Positions 10,730 to 19,795 of a stretch of DNA of 36,410 bases are shown here, piece after piece. Source of the DNA: Gemmatimonadales bacterium (GTDB lineage: Bacteria; Gemmatimonadota; Gemmatimonadetes; Gemmatimonadales; GWC2-71-9); the NCBI GenBank assembly GCA_050733115.1, contig JBOHSC010000314.1, forward strand, positions 1-36,410. The letters run 5' to 3'. Position 1 is the first letter of the stretch; every line of letters begins with the position of its first letter. The position numbers were made by a program, and so were the translations under genes. Below the pieces are notes generated by a model. It ran no database searches. It had not been told where the DNA came from and was given only the letters and a program-made list of their open reading frames with translations.

Positions 10730-11707
10730 ATGGCGAAGAAGATCATGGCGGCGGCGGTCGCCGGGCCGCGACGGGTCGGACGCTACACCGTCCTGCGGAT
10801 CACGGGGTACTATCTCGTCGTCACCGCGCTGCTCCTCCTGCTCACCGCGCTCTTTCCGACAGAGGCGATGTCTCCGGTCGACGCGGCGCCGACCGGAATG
10901 GCCGAGGGCCTCGAGTGGCTTCGCTGGCGCCTGGCGGTGCTCCCAACAGGGTCTCCTCGCTGGGTGGAAGCCTCCGTCCAGATGCTGGCGGCGTTGCTGC
11001 TGGTGATTCCCCTTGCCTACACCTACGTGCGCACGCGCACCCGCCTCAAGTACGATCATTCCCTCGTCCAGACCGTGGTGATGCTGCCGATCGTGGTCAC
11101 CTCCATCCTCGTCGTCGTGCGGGACAGCCTCGCCCTGGCCTTCAGTCTCGCGGGCATCGTCGCGGCGGTCCGCTTCAGGAACAACCTCCGTGAAGCGGGC
11201 GACGCCGTCTACATCTTCGGATCGATCGGCGTCGGCTTCGCCACCGGGATCCACGCTCTTGGCGTGGCCACCGTGCTGTCGCTGTTCTTCGTGATCCTCG
11301 AGCTGACGCTCTGGAAGCTCAATCTGGGAACGGAATTCGACGACACCTTCAGCCGTCTCTGCATGCCGTCGGGCGCCGACCTCGCCGCGCCGCCGCCGTC
11401 GGCCGGAGATGTGCCAGAGCCGGTGGGAAACGGACGCAGCAGGGCGGGCGAAGTACTCGAGGCCGACGGCCGGGCGGTCGCGCTCAGGATCTACGTCGGC
11501 GACTCCGCGTCGGCCCGGCCGGCGATCGAGCGGGTGCTCGCGCGTGACGCCAAGCGGTGGGCCGCTACCGGGTCGGAAACGGGCGATGGCGCCTCGGGGG
11601 TCCTGGAATACCGGGTGCGTCCGAGGAAGAGCATCGGGATCGACGCCCTGAGGGACCACCTCCTCACCGAAGGGGCACCCCACGTCATCGCGACCGACGA
11701 GGCCTGA
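10730..11707 (+). CDS. Multi-pass membrane protein, DUF4956-like
   Basis: GGGAGG lies upstream of the ATG. Several TM helices are followed by VRFRNNLREAGDAVYIFGSIGVGFATG, which resembles the conserved core of DUF4956 proteins as I remember it. A soluble C-terminal domain follows. The family assignment is from memory only. Confidence 0.6.
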   Translation: MAKKIMAAAVAGPRRVGRYTVLRITGYYLVVTALLLLLTALFPTEAMSPVDAAPTGMAEGLEWLRWRLAVLPTGSPRWVEASVQMLAALLLVIPLAYTYVRTRTRLKYDHSLVQTVVMLPIVVTSILVVVRDSLALAFSLAGIVAAVRFRNNLREAGDAVYIFGSIGVGFATGIHALGVATVLSLFFVILELTLWKLNLGTEFDDTFSRLCMPSGADLAAPPPSAGDVPEPVGNGRSRAGEVLEADGRAVALRIYVGDSASARPAIERVLARDAKRWAATGSETGDGASGVLEYRVRPRKSIGIDALRDHLLTEGAPHVIATDEA

Positions 11708-11783
11708 CCGGTTCTGCGGCTCTGACGAGATTCTGTCATTGCACCCATAGGTCGTCACAACCGTCGGACGATATCTATGAGGC

Positions 11784-11999
11784 ATGAGCCTCTCAACCAC
11801 CAAGAGTATCGCCGACCTGCAGGCCCTAGCCGCGGGTCCAACCCTTCGCCGCGCCCTCGGACCCGTCCACCTCACCGCACTCGGCATCGGCTCAGTGATC
11901 GGGACCGGCATTTTCCGTAAGCTCGAGAACGATCCGACCCACCCCCACTTTATCCACACCGTGCGCAAGATCGGCTATCGATTATCGCCGCGTGCCTGA
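11784..11999 (+). pseudogene. Chimeric 71-codon ORF: N-terminus of an APC-family amino-acid permease fused in frame to the C-terminal winged-helix end of an OmpR/PhoB-type response regulator
   Basis: Residues 1-44 (..LRRALGPVHLTALGIGSVIGTGIF) match the start and first TM of amino-acid permeases. Residues 45-71 (RKLENDPTHPHFIHTVRKIGYRLSP) match the DNA-binding C terminus of OmpR-family regulators. The junction is at 11915/11916. Confidence 0.5.
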
Positions 12000-12100
12000 T
12001 AGTCCGCACGATCCGGACCCCTCGCTGCAATTCCCCGCAGTGGCCTGCTGCTTGCTCTCCGATTTCCCCAGACACATCGCACAGCATCGTCGTTGATTGA

Positions 12101-12116
12101 GGCCCGGTTCCGGGCC
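12101..12116 (+). terminator. Possible GC hairpin terminator after the chimeric ORF
   Basis: ggcccg-gttc-cgggcc hairpin followed by a T-containing stretch (atctcgtttcctc). It lies in a non-coding, less GC-rich segment. Confidence 0.3.
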
Positions 12117-12282
12117 ATCTCGTTTCCTCTAGTGGCGTCGGCACTTCCCGAGTCGGATGCGCGCTCTCCGTCGCTTTATCGTGACCAGGCGCGGACCACG
12201 CGAATGTCGAGCCAATACACAGGTCCGTCGCGCGCGCGCGACAGTCGCAATTCGTACTCCAGAACCAGGGAATCAATCTGCG

Positions 12283-15270
12283 ATGACGCGTCTCGGCCGA
12301 TCGCACCGATATTGTCCCCCGCTTTGGCTCACCGCGATTCTCGTTGCCGGCTCGATCACCTGTGCCCACGACACGCCGGCCGTCGATGTGGAAAAGCCGC
12401 CGGCGGCAATCCGGCTCGTGGCTGGCGATGCGCAGAGCGGTGTCGTGGGACAGCCATTGGCCGACTCGCTGGTAGTTGAAGTTGTGGACGCCGACGGCGT
12501 CCCCGTTCATGGCATGGAGGTGGAGTTCAGGGTCACGGCGGAGGACCCCGGAGCTGAGGTGGCTCCCGAAAAGGCCTCGACTGACCCGAAGGGGCGCGCG
12601 GCCGCGCGAGTGGTGCTCGGAACCGTCGCCGGCTCGTGGATCGTCGAAGCCCGCGTCACTGGAGCCGCAAGCCAGCTGCTCGTGGCAAGGGTCACCGCGA
12701 CGGCCGCGGCCGGCACACCGGATACCGTTCGAGCGGTGTCCGGACAGGATCAGGGTGGCCGGGTCGGCTCGATGCTGAGTGACTCGCTCGCCGTCGAAGT
12801 GGTCGATGCATTCGGAAACGTGACCGCGGGTACCGAAGTCTCATGGGAGGTGTCCGGCGGCGGAACGGTGAGCGGGGCGACGACCATGACGGCAGCCAAC
12901 GGGCGTGCGGCGGTTCAGCGGCAGCTCGGCTCCGCCGCGGGCGACCAGGCAACGACGGCCACCGTGGCCGGCGTGAAGGGATCGCCGGTGACGTTCCATC
13001 ACGTTGCGGTGGCCGGCGATGCGTCGGCGCTGCTCCCGGTGTCGGGTGGCGGCCAGACTGAGAAAGTCGGCACCGAGCTGCGGTCGCCGATCGTGGCGAA
13101 GGTGGTCGATCCGGACGGCAATGCGATCCCTGGGAAGACGGTCACCTGGTCGGCAGGGCAGGGCGGCTCCGCCGACCCGGAGACGGTGACGACGGGTGCC
13201 GACGGAATAGCCGCGACGGTGTGGACGCTCGGCGGCTCGCTCGGCGCCCAGACGCTGACCGCGTCCGCCGCGGGACTCGGCAACGTGGGGTTCACCGCAT
13301 CCGGCACACCCGGCAATCCGGCGCAGGCGGCCATCATCATCCAGCCCTCCTCTTCGGCGGTCAACGGCGTCGCCCTCGGCACGCAACCGAAGGTGGAGCT
13401 CCGCGATTTCTACGGCAACCCGACGGTCGACGACGGTGTGACGGTCACCGCCGCCCTCGCGACCAACCCCGGGGGCACGCTGGGCGGCACCGTCACCGCC
13501 AACACCGTCGACGGCCAGGCCACCTTCTCCAACCTCAAGATCACCGGCACCACCGGCACCTACACCGTCAAGTTCAGCTCGTCTGGCCTGAGCGGCGGAA
13601 CGTCGGGCCCGATCACTCTCGCCGCCGGAACCCCAAGCAGCCTCACCATGCGGACGCAGCCGTCGACGACCGCGGTCTCGGGCGATCCGTTCAGCCGCCA
13701 GCCGGTGGTCGAAGTGAGGGATGCCGGTGGCAATCTCCTGAACGGCTCGCAGGTGACGGCCACGATCCAGTCGGGGGGAGGAACGCTCTCGGGAACTGCG
13801 GTCATCACGAGCGTGAACGGCGTGGCCACCTTCACCGATCTCGCCATCGGCGGCGCCGGCGGGTCGCGCACGCTCCGGTTCACCTCGGCGAGCGCCGGCG
13901 TGACGTCGAGCTCCGTCTCGGTAAGCGCGCCGGCCGAGACCTCAGCCGGAGAGTGGTCGGCAGTGAAGACGACGCCCATCATCGCGGTGCACATGAGCCT
14001 GCTGCCCGATGGCGACGTGCTGATGTTCGGCCGGAAGGACGATCCCCAGCTCTTCGATCCAGCCACCGGGCAGTTCACGGCCATCCCGAGCCCTGCCTGG
14101 CTCTTCTGCTCGGGGCACGCCTTCCTCCCCGACGGACGGCTCCTCATCGCCGGCGGCCACATCACCAACGATCACGGGCTGCCGGCATCGACGCTCTACG
14201 ATTGGCGCACGAGGAGCTTCAGCAGCGGTCCGCCGATGCCGCGCGGACGCTGGTATCCGACCGTTACGCCGCTTCCCAACGGAGAGATGGTCGTCGTGGC
14301 CGGCCGCGACGAGAACGGGCTCGTGGTGCCGATCCCCGATGTCTGGACGACGGGTGGGGCGTGGCGGCAGCTCTCTTCCGCTTCACTCACGCAGCCATAC
14401 TACCCGCGCATGTTCGTCGCGCCGAACGGCAACGTGTTCGAGGCCGGCCCGTCGCAGGCGTCGCACTGGCTGACGACGTCGGGGAGCGGCTCCTGGGTCA
14501 CCACGGTGAAGTCGGCGCGCGGGTACCGCGACTACGGCTCCGCGGTGATGTACGCCCCGGGCAAGATCATGATCGTCGGCGGTGGAGGAGCCGACAGCAA
14601 TTCGGCGCCCACCAGCACCGCCGAGGTGATCGACCTCAATCAGGGCTCTCCCGCGTGGCGCAGCGTCCAGTCGATGCAGTACGCCAGGCGGCACATGAAC
14701 GCGACGATACTGCCCACCGGCGAGGTTCTCGTAACCGGGGGCACCAGCGCGTCGGGATTCAACAACCCGGAGGGCGGGGTGCACGCGGCGGAGCTGTGGG
14801 ATCCGCAAACTGAGCACTGGACCACGCTGGCCAGCAACCAGGTGACGCGTGTCTATCACTCGACGACGCTGTTACTGCTCGACGGGCGGGTACTGCACAG
14901 TGGGAGCGGGGAGGGGTCGGGTGCGCCGGAGCAATACAGCTACGAAGTCTTCTCGCCGCCGTATCTGTTCAAGGGAGCGCGGCCCACGATCGGCGGCGCC
15001 CCGGCTACGGTGAGCTATGGGCAGCAGTTTACGGTGAGTACGCCTGACGCGGCGGGCATCTCGAAGGTGAGCTTCATCAAGCTCGGGTCGGTGACCCACG
15101 CCTTCGACGAGAACCAGCGATTCCTGTCGCTGTCGTTCACGAAGTCGTCCGGCAGTCTGACGGTAACGGCACCGGCCAGCGGAAACGTGGCGCCACCGGG
15201 TCACTACATGCTCTTCATTCTGAACGAGGACGGGGTCCCATCGGTGGCCAAGGTGGTCCGGATTCAGTGA
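12283..15270 (+). CDS. Surface/periplasmic lipoprotein: five Ig-like (Big_1/invasin-type) modules + Kelch beta-propeller copper radical oxidase (galactose/glyoxal oxidase-like) + C-terminal DUF1929-type Ig domain
   Basis: Internal ATG at 12283 gives a signal peptide ending ..VAGSITC. The oxidase motifs are all present: FCSGH (Cys codon 14107-14109), RWYPT (Tyr 14254-14256), VYHST (Tyr-His 14854-14859) and VTHAFD (His 15097-15099). The C-terminal GHYMLFILNEDGVPS is typical of the DUF1929 domain. Confidence 0.85.
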   Translation: MTRLGRSHRYCPPLWLTAILVAGSITCAHDTPAVDVEKPPAAIRLVAGDAQSGVVGQPLADSLVVEVVDADGVPVHGMEVEFRVTAEDPGAEVAPEKASTDPKGRAAARVVLGTVAGSWIVEARVTGAASQLLVARVTATAAAGTPDTVRAVSGQDQGGRVGSMLSDSLAVEVVDAFGNVTAGTEVSWEVSGGGTVSGATTMTAANGRAAVQRQLGSAAGDQATTATVAGVKGSPVTFHHVAVAGDASALLPVSGGGQTEKVGTELRSPIVAKVVDPDGNAIPGKTVTWSAGQGGSADPETVTTGADGIAATVWTLGGSLGAQTLTASAAGLGNVGFTASGTPGNPAQAAIIIQPSSSAVNGVALGTQPKVELRDFYGNPTVDDGVTVTAALATNPGGTLGGTVTANTVDGQATFSNLKITGTTGTYTVKFSSSGLSGGTSGPITLAAGTPSSLTMRTQPSTTAVSGDPFSRQPVVEVRDAGGNLLNGSQVTATIQSGGGTLSGTAVITSVNGVATFTDLAIGGAGGSRTLRFTSASAGVTSSSVSVSAPAETSAGEWSAVKTTPIIAVHMSLLPDGDVLMFGRKDDPQLFDPATGQFTAIPSPAWLFCSGHAFLPDGRLLIAGGHITNDHGLPASTLYDWRTRSFSSGPPMPRGRWYPTVTPLPNGEMVVVAGRDENGLVVPIPDVWTTGGAWRQLSSASLTQPYYPRMFVAPNGNVFEAGPSQASHWLTTSGSGSWVTTVKSARGYRDYGSAVMYAPGKIMIVGGGGADSNSAPTSTAEVIDLNQGSPAWRSVQSMQYARRHMNATILPTGEVLVTGGTSASGFNNPEGGVHAAELWDPQTEHWTTLASNQVTRVYHSTTLLLLDGRVLHSGSGEGSGAPEQYSYEVFSPPYLFKGARPTIGGAPATVSYGQQFTVSTPDAAGISKVSFIKLGSVTHAFDENQRFLSLSFTKSSGSLTVTAPASGNVAPPGHYMLFILNEDGVPSVAKVVRIQ
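12406..13920 (+). repeat. Tandem intragenic repeats encoding five Ig-like modules (three of one subtype, two of another)
   Basis: Recurrent ~85-90 residue units. Three have the form ..V(A/S)G..Q.G.VG..L.D.L.VEVVDA.G... Two have the form ..QPS..AV.G..(F/L)..QP.VE(L/V)RD..GN.... Confidence 0.7.
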
Positions 15271-15286
15271 CCACGCGGCGGACCGT

Positions 15287-15697
15287 CTACTGGTCCACCA
15301 GCGCTTCGGGCCTGATCCTGCGGATCGCGCGCTTGGCCGATGCGGCGATTTCGTCGTTGATCTCCTCATCCATCATCTTCTTGAGTCGCGGTACGGCTTC
15401 CACCGCCGCGGGGCCGATCTCGCCGAGTGCCACGGTGACGGGAAACCGGACAGTGGGGCTGGGGTCGTCGAGCGCCTGGATGAGGGCTGGAACGGCGGGT
15501 GCGCCCGCAGGGCCGAACCCGGAGATTTCATAGGCGGCGGCGTTCCGGGTCTGTGGTGCGTCCGCCTTGAGGTCCGCGATCCACTCGCTCAGCGGCCGTC
15601 CATCGGCCATCGGATCCTTGGCAGCTCCCTGGGCGCTGAGGGCAGGGGCAACCGCGATTACGGCGGCGGCAACCGCGCCGATTGTACGCTTCAGCAT
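15287..15697 (-). CDS. Secreted HEAT-repeat protein
   Basis: The ATG at 15697 is preceded by GGAGGA and gives the signal peptide MLKRTIGAVAAAVIAVAPALSAQ. HEAT/PBS-lyase-like repeats are present (AVPALIQALDDPSPTVR...ALGEIGPAAVEAVPRL). Confidence 0.75.
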   Translation of the reverse strand: MLKRTIGAVAAAVIAVAPALSAQGAAKDPMADGRPLSEWIADLKADAPQTRNAAAYEISGFGPAGAPAVPALIQALDDPSPTVRFPVTVALGEIGPAAVEAVPRLKKMMDEEINDEIAASAKRAIRRIRPEALVDQ

Positions 15698-15865
15698 GCA
15701 TCCTCCAACGACGATAACGGTCTCTTCCATACACGCGCGTAGCTCTCGCAATATAACCGCGGCCGGAAAGGCTACCGTCGCGGCGACTGGCGCGGGGCGG
15801 GGCTTCGGATGAATCTTCCGTGCGCGCCAACTCGCCACCCCTCACCTTCTCTACGAGCTCCCCGG

Positions 15866-17269
15866 ATGAAATCGCTCCGCGCGCGGCACGCCATCGCCGC
15901 TCTCTCCCTCCTCACTCTCGGGGCGCTACCGGTGCCGTGCCGGGCCCAGCAGTCGTCAATCGGCTCCGTTTACAGCGCGATCGCCGACAGCGTCTATCGT
16001 GCCGCCACCGGCGACAGCCTCGCCTACATCCGCCTCGGCCGCCTGGTGGATACCTTCGGCCACCGGCTCAGCGGCTCCCCGGCGCTGGAGGCCGCGATCG
16101 ACTGGATTCTAGCCGAAATGAGCAAGGACGGCCTGGAGAACGTTCGGGGCGAGCCGGTCATGGTGCCACGGTGGGTCCGGGGTCCCGAGTCGATCGAGAT
16201 GGTGCAGCCCCGGGCGGCACCGCTCCGCATGCTTGGGCTTGGCGGCAGCATCGCCACCCCCAAGACGGGCATCACGGCGCCGGTGCTGGTGGTATCCGGC
16301 TTCGATGAGCTCCAGCAGCACGCCGCCGAGGCAAAGGGGAAGATCGTTCTCTTCGACGCGCCGTTCACTGATTACGTCACCGTCAGGAAAATCCGCACCG
16401 ACGGTCCCTCGGCGGCCGCGAGAGTGGGCGCGCTGGCCTGTCTGATCCGGTCGGTAGCGTCGGCCTCGATCCGAAGCCCGCACACCGGCGCGCTCCGTTA
16501 CGACTCCACTGCGGCCAGGATTCCCGCCGCGGCGCTCAGCGTCGAAGATGCGATGATGCTTCATCGCTTCCAGAACCGCGGCGAGCGAGTGATCGTGACG
16601 CTGCGCATGAGCGCGCGGACGCTCCCTGATGCGCCCTCGCGCAACGTGATCGCCGAGGTAGTGGGCCGCGAAAAGCCCGACGAGGTCGTCGTGCTCGGCG
16701 GCCACATCGATTCGTGGGATGTGGGGCAGGGCGCGATGGACGACGGCGGCGGCTCGGTCGCCGCCTGGGAGGCGGTGCGCCTGATGCACCGGCTCGGCCT
16801 CCGGCCGCGGCGGACGGTGCGGGTGGTGCTGTGGACCAACGAGGAAAACGGCGGGCGCGGCGGACAGGCGTACCACGACGGGCACGCGTCGGAGATTGGC
16901 AAGCACGTCCTGGCAATGGAATCGGACAACGGGGTGTTCAATCCGAAGGGCTACACTTTCGTAGGCTCGGACGAGGCGGCGGCGGTAGTGAAGGAGGTCG
17001 CCGCGCTCCTCGACTCCGTCGGAATCTCGGGGGTGCAGCGCGTGCCCGATAGCCCGGCGGCCGACATCACGTCTCTGGTGCAGGACGGGGTGCCGGGAAT
17101 GGAGCTCGACGTCGACCAGACCCGGTATTTCTGGTATCACCACAGCGACGGCGACACTCTGGACAAGCTCGACCCGGCTGAGATGGCCCGTTGCATCGCG
17201 GCGATGGCGGTGATGGCCTACGTGGTCGCCGATCTGCCGGAGCCGCTGCACCGGAAGGCCGCTGGGTGA
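15866..17269 (+). CDS. M28-family zinc peptidase (carboxypeptidase Q-like), secreted
   Basis: The ATG at 15866 gives the signal peptide MKSLRARHAIAALSLLTLGALPVPCRAQ. Metal-ligand motifs GGHIDSWDVGQGAMDDGGG, WTNEENGGRG and YHHSDGDT are present. Confidence 0.9.
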   Translation: MKSLRARHAIAALSLLTLGALPVPCRAQQSSIGSVYSAIADSVYRAATGDSLAYIRLGRLVDTFGHRLSGSPALEAAIDWILAEMSKDGLENVRGEPVMVPRWVRGPESIEMVQPRAAPLRMLGLGGSIATPKTGITAPVLVVSGFDELQQHAAEAKGKIVLFDAPFTDYVTVRKIRTDGPSAAARVGALACLIRSVASASIRSPHTGALRYDSTAARIPAAALSVEDAMMLHRFQNRGERVIVTLRMSARTLPDAPSRNVIAEVVGREKPDEVVVLGGHIDSWDVGQGAMDDGGGSVAAWEAVRLMHRLGLRPRRTVRVVLWTNEENGGRGGQAYHDGHASEIGKHVLAMESDNGVFNPKGYTFVGSDEAAAVVKEVAALLDSVGISGVQRVPDSPAADITSLVQDGVPGMELDVDQTRYFWYHHSDGDTLDKLDPAEMARCIAAMAVMAYVVADLPEPLHRKAAG

Positions 17270-17346
17270 CGAGGTTGCTCGGTCGGGGGACGAAACCAGT
17301 CCGCCTGCCGCCGCGTAGGCCATTCTGAACCTCTACGACAGGCGTC

Positions 17347-19698
17347 ATGCTCCTTCCTCTGCTGCTCCTCCACCTCGGCGGCACCGACCCGGCCATGGTC
17401 TACGACGGCCGTGGCGGCAACCTGGACGTTCATCCGCCGCGTCTCGATGCCAGGGTTACGGTAGACGGTACGCTCGACGAGCCCGAGTGGGCCCGGGCGG
17501 CGATGCTCCGGGGCTTTTCCCAGTACTCGCCGATGGATGGAATCCCGGCCGTCGACTCGACCGAGGTGCTCGTCTGGTACTCGTCCGACGCGATCTACTT
17601 CGGCATTCGGGCGTTCGAAGCGCACGGCGAGGTGCACGCCACGCTGGCCGACCGCGACAAGATCTTCGCCGACGATTTCGTGCAGATCCTTCTCGGCACC
17701 TTCGACGACGGCCGCCAGGCGACGGTGCTGGCGGTGAACCCGTTCGGCGTACAGTCGGACGGAGCGCTGGTGGAAACCGGCTCGACAACCGGCAATGGCT
17801 TCAACAGTGCCGTGGTGCGCCGCGAAGTGGCCGATCTGAGTCCGGACTACGTTTACGAATCGAAGGGACGTCTCACCGGATACGGATATGAGGTGGAGGT
17901 GCGGGTTCCCTTCAAGAGCCTCCGCTTCCAGCCGAGGCAGGAGCAGCGCTGGGGCATCAACATCACGCGCACGGTGCAGCACTCCGGACAGGAAGACTCG
18001 TGGGCGCCGGCCAAGCGCGCGAGCGCATCGTTCCTGGCCCAGTCGGGCCACCTGGTCGGGCTCACCGACCTGCAACGCGGGCTCGTGCTCGACCTGAATC
18101 CGTCGCTCACCTCGAAAACGACCGGCACGGCCGGCTCGGCGGGGTGGGACTACAGCGGCGGAGCGCCGGAGCTCGGCGGCAGCGTACGTTGGGGCATCAC
18201 CAACAACCTCAACCTGAACGGGACGGCCAATCCCGACTTTTCCCAGGTCGAGTCGGATGCGGGGCAATTCCAGTTCGACCCGCGGGACGAGATCTTCTTC
18301 TCCGAGAAGCGGCCCTTCTTCCTCGACGGAAGCGAACAGTTCACGACGCCGAATCAGCTCATCTACACCCGGCGCATCGTGCAGCCGGTGGCCGCGGTCA
18401 AGCTTACCGGCAAGGGCTTCGGCACCGACATCGGGTTTCTCTCCGCGCTCGACGACCGCCAGGTGTCGGCAACGGGCGAAGACCACCCGTTCTACAATCT
18501 GCTCCGGCTCCAGCGTGATGTCGGATCGAGCTCGCGCCTCGGCCTGACCTACACCGACCGGGTGGACGGGAACAACTCGAATCGCGTCGGCGGCCTCGAT
18601 GGTCGCTTTGTCAGAGGGGTGTACACGGCGCAGTTTCAGGTCGCCGGCAGCAGGACCACCCAGACGGGAGTCACCACCACCGCGCCCCTCCTGTTCGGCC
18701 GCGTCATCGCCAGCGGCCGCACCTTCGGGTTTCGCACCAGCTTCAACGGATCGGACGCCAGGTTCCGTGCGCGCAGCGGCTTCTTCCCCCGGCCCGGCCT
18801 CTCGCGCATCAACTTCCAGCCTCGGGTGTCGTTCTACGGCAAGTCCGGCAGCCTGATGGAGAACCTGACCGTCGACGTGAATCTCGACGGCCTGTACCGG
18901 TACGATCAGTTCGCCAGGAGCGCGGGGATGCAGGAGGAGAAGGCGCACCTGAACGCCAATCTCATCATGTACGGAGGGTGGCACGTGGGCGCCTCGGTGC
19001 TGAATGAACACTTCGGATACCCATCGGAGGTGTACACCGACTATCGTCTCGAGCTGCCGCGCACTGATGGCACAGGCGTGGACACGGTGCCATTCGTGGG
19101 ACGCCAGAAGATTCCCAACCGGGACTACGTCCTCAGTCTCGACACTCCGGATTTCTCGCAGTTCTCCGGCAGCTTGTTTCTGCTCTGGGGTCACGACGAG
19201 AACTTCTTCGAGTGGGCGTCGGGAGATATTCTCTGGATCACGCTCGGCCTCGACTGGCGGCCGACCGACAAACTGCGCCTCAGCGGCAACTATCAGATGC
19301 AGTCGGTGAGCCGGCGAACCGACGGCAGTCTCGTTAACGTCAATCACATCCCTCGGCTCAAGATCGAGTACCAGGCGTCGCGTCCGATCTTCGTGCGGCT
19401 CGTCGGCGAGTACACCAGCGAGCGGCAAAGCGCACTGCGCGACGACACCCGCACCAACGCGCCGATTCTCATCTTCGATCCGGACGTCGGCGACTTCGTT
19501 CGCACCACGCCGTTCAAGCATCGGTCGTTTCGTGGCGATCTGCTCTTCTCATACCAGCCGACTCCGGGCACGGTCCTCTTCGCCGGCTACGGCAGCACGC
19601 TGCGCGATCCGGTCGACCCCACCGATCCGCTCCGCGCCGGGCTCCGCCGGTCGGAGGACGGGTTCTTCTTCAAGATGAGCTACCTCTTCCGGATGTAG
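17347..19698 (+). CDS. CBM9-like + DUF5916-type outer-membrane-associated protein
   Basis: The N-terminal VDGTLDEPEWARA...FSQYSPMDG...DDFVQILLGTFDDGRQATVLAVNPFGVQSDG pattern is typical of CBM9/DUF5916 proteins. A long beta-rich C-terminal part ends in an aromatic-rich tail (FFFKMSYLFRM). An in-frame TGA at 17326-17328 prevents upstream extension. Confidence 0.75.
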   Translation: MLLPLLLLHLGGTDPAMVYDGRGGNLDVHPPRLDARVTVDGTLDEPEWARAAMLRGFSQYSPMDGIPAVDSTEVLVWYSSDAIYFGIRAFEAHGEVHATLADRDKIFADDFVQILLGTFDDGRQATVLAVNPFGVQSDGALVETGSTTGNGFNSAVVRREVADLSPDYVYESKGRLTGYGYEVEVRVPFKSLRFQPRQEQRWGINITRTVQHSGQEDSWAPAKRASASFLAQSGHLVGLTDLQRGLVLDLNPSLTSKTTGTAGSAGWDYSGGAPELGGSVRWGITNNLNLNGTANPDFSQVESDAGQFQFDPRDEIFFSEKRPFFLDGSEQFTTPNQLIYTRRIVQPVAAVKLTGKGFGTDIGFLSALDDRQVSATGEDHPFYNLLRLQRDVGSSSRLGLTYTDRVDGNNSNRVGGLDGRFVRGVYTAQFQVAGSRTTQTGVTTTAPLLFGRVIASGRTFGFRTSFNGSDARFRARSGFFPRPGLSRINFQPRVSFYGKSGSLMENLTVDVNLDGLYRYDQFARSAGMQEEKAHLNANLIMYGGWHVGASVLNEHFGYPSEVYTDYRLELPRTDGTGVDTVPFVGRQKIPNRDYVLSLDTPDFSQFSGSLFLLWGHDENFFEWASGDILWITLGLDWRPTDKLRLSGNYQMQSVSRRTDGSLVNVNHIPRLKIEYQASRPIFVRLVGEYTSERQSALRDDTRTNAPILIFDPDVGDFVRTTPFKHRSFRGDLLFSYQPTPGTVLFAGYGSTLRDPVDPTDPLRAGLRRSEDGFFFKMSYLFRM

Positions 19699-19795
19699 CT
19701 TGCTCGGCGGAGCCCGGTGCGGTGTCCCGCCGGCGGCTTGACTCCCGCGGGGATGTCCCGCCCGGGCCGCTCGGTGGCGACACACCTTCCGCGCG

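Noticed and set aside
8582-11968. 1128-codon minus-strand ORF, the longest ORF in the window. Similar long antisense ORFs occur at 1063-2037, 4318-6042 (plus strand, opposite htrA), 6908-8575, 17218-19521, 24092-25039, 25234-26271, 27574-28527, 30197-31291 and 31734-32993.
   Set aside because: These are shadow ORFs typical of high-GC DNA. They are Arg/Gly/Pro/His-rich with no recognisable motifs. Each lies exactly opposite genes with strong family signatures and GC3-rich codon usage.
12157-12282. Upstream extensions of several ORF-track entries (12157-12282 oxidase, 982-1047, 15809-15865, 15698-15838, 20148-20219, 36103-36396).
   Set aside because: In each case an internal ATG yields a canonical signal peptide or the conserved family N terminus. 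The upstream residues are R-rich low complexity.
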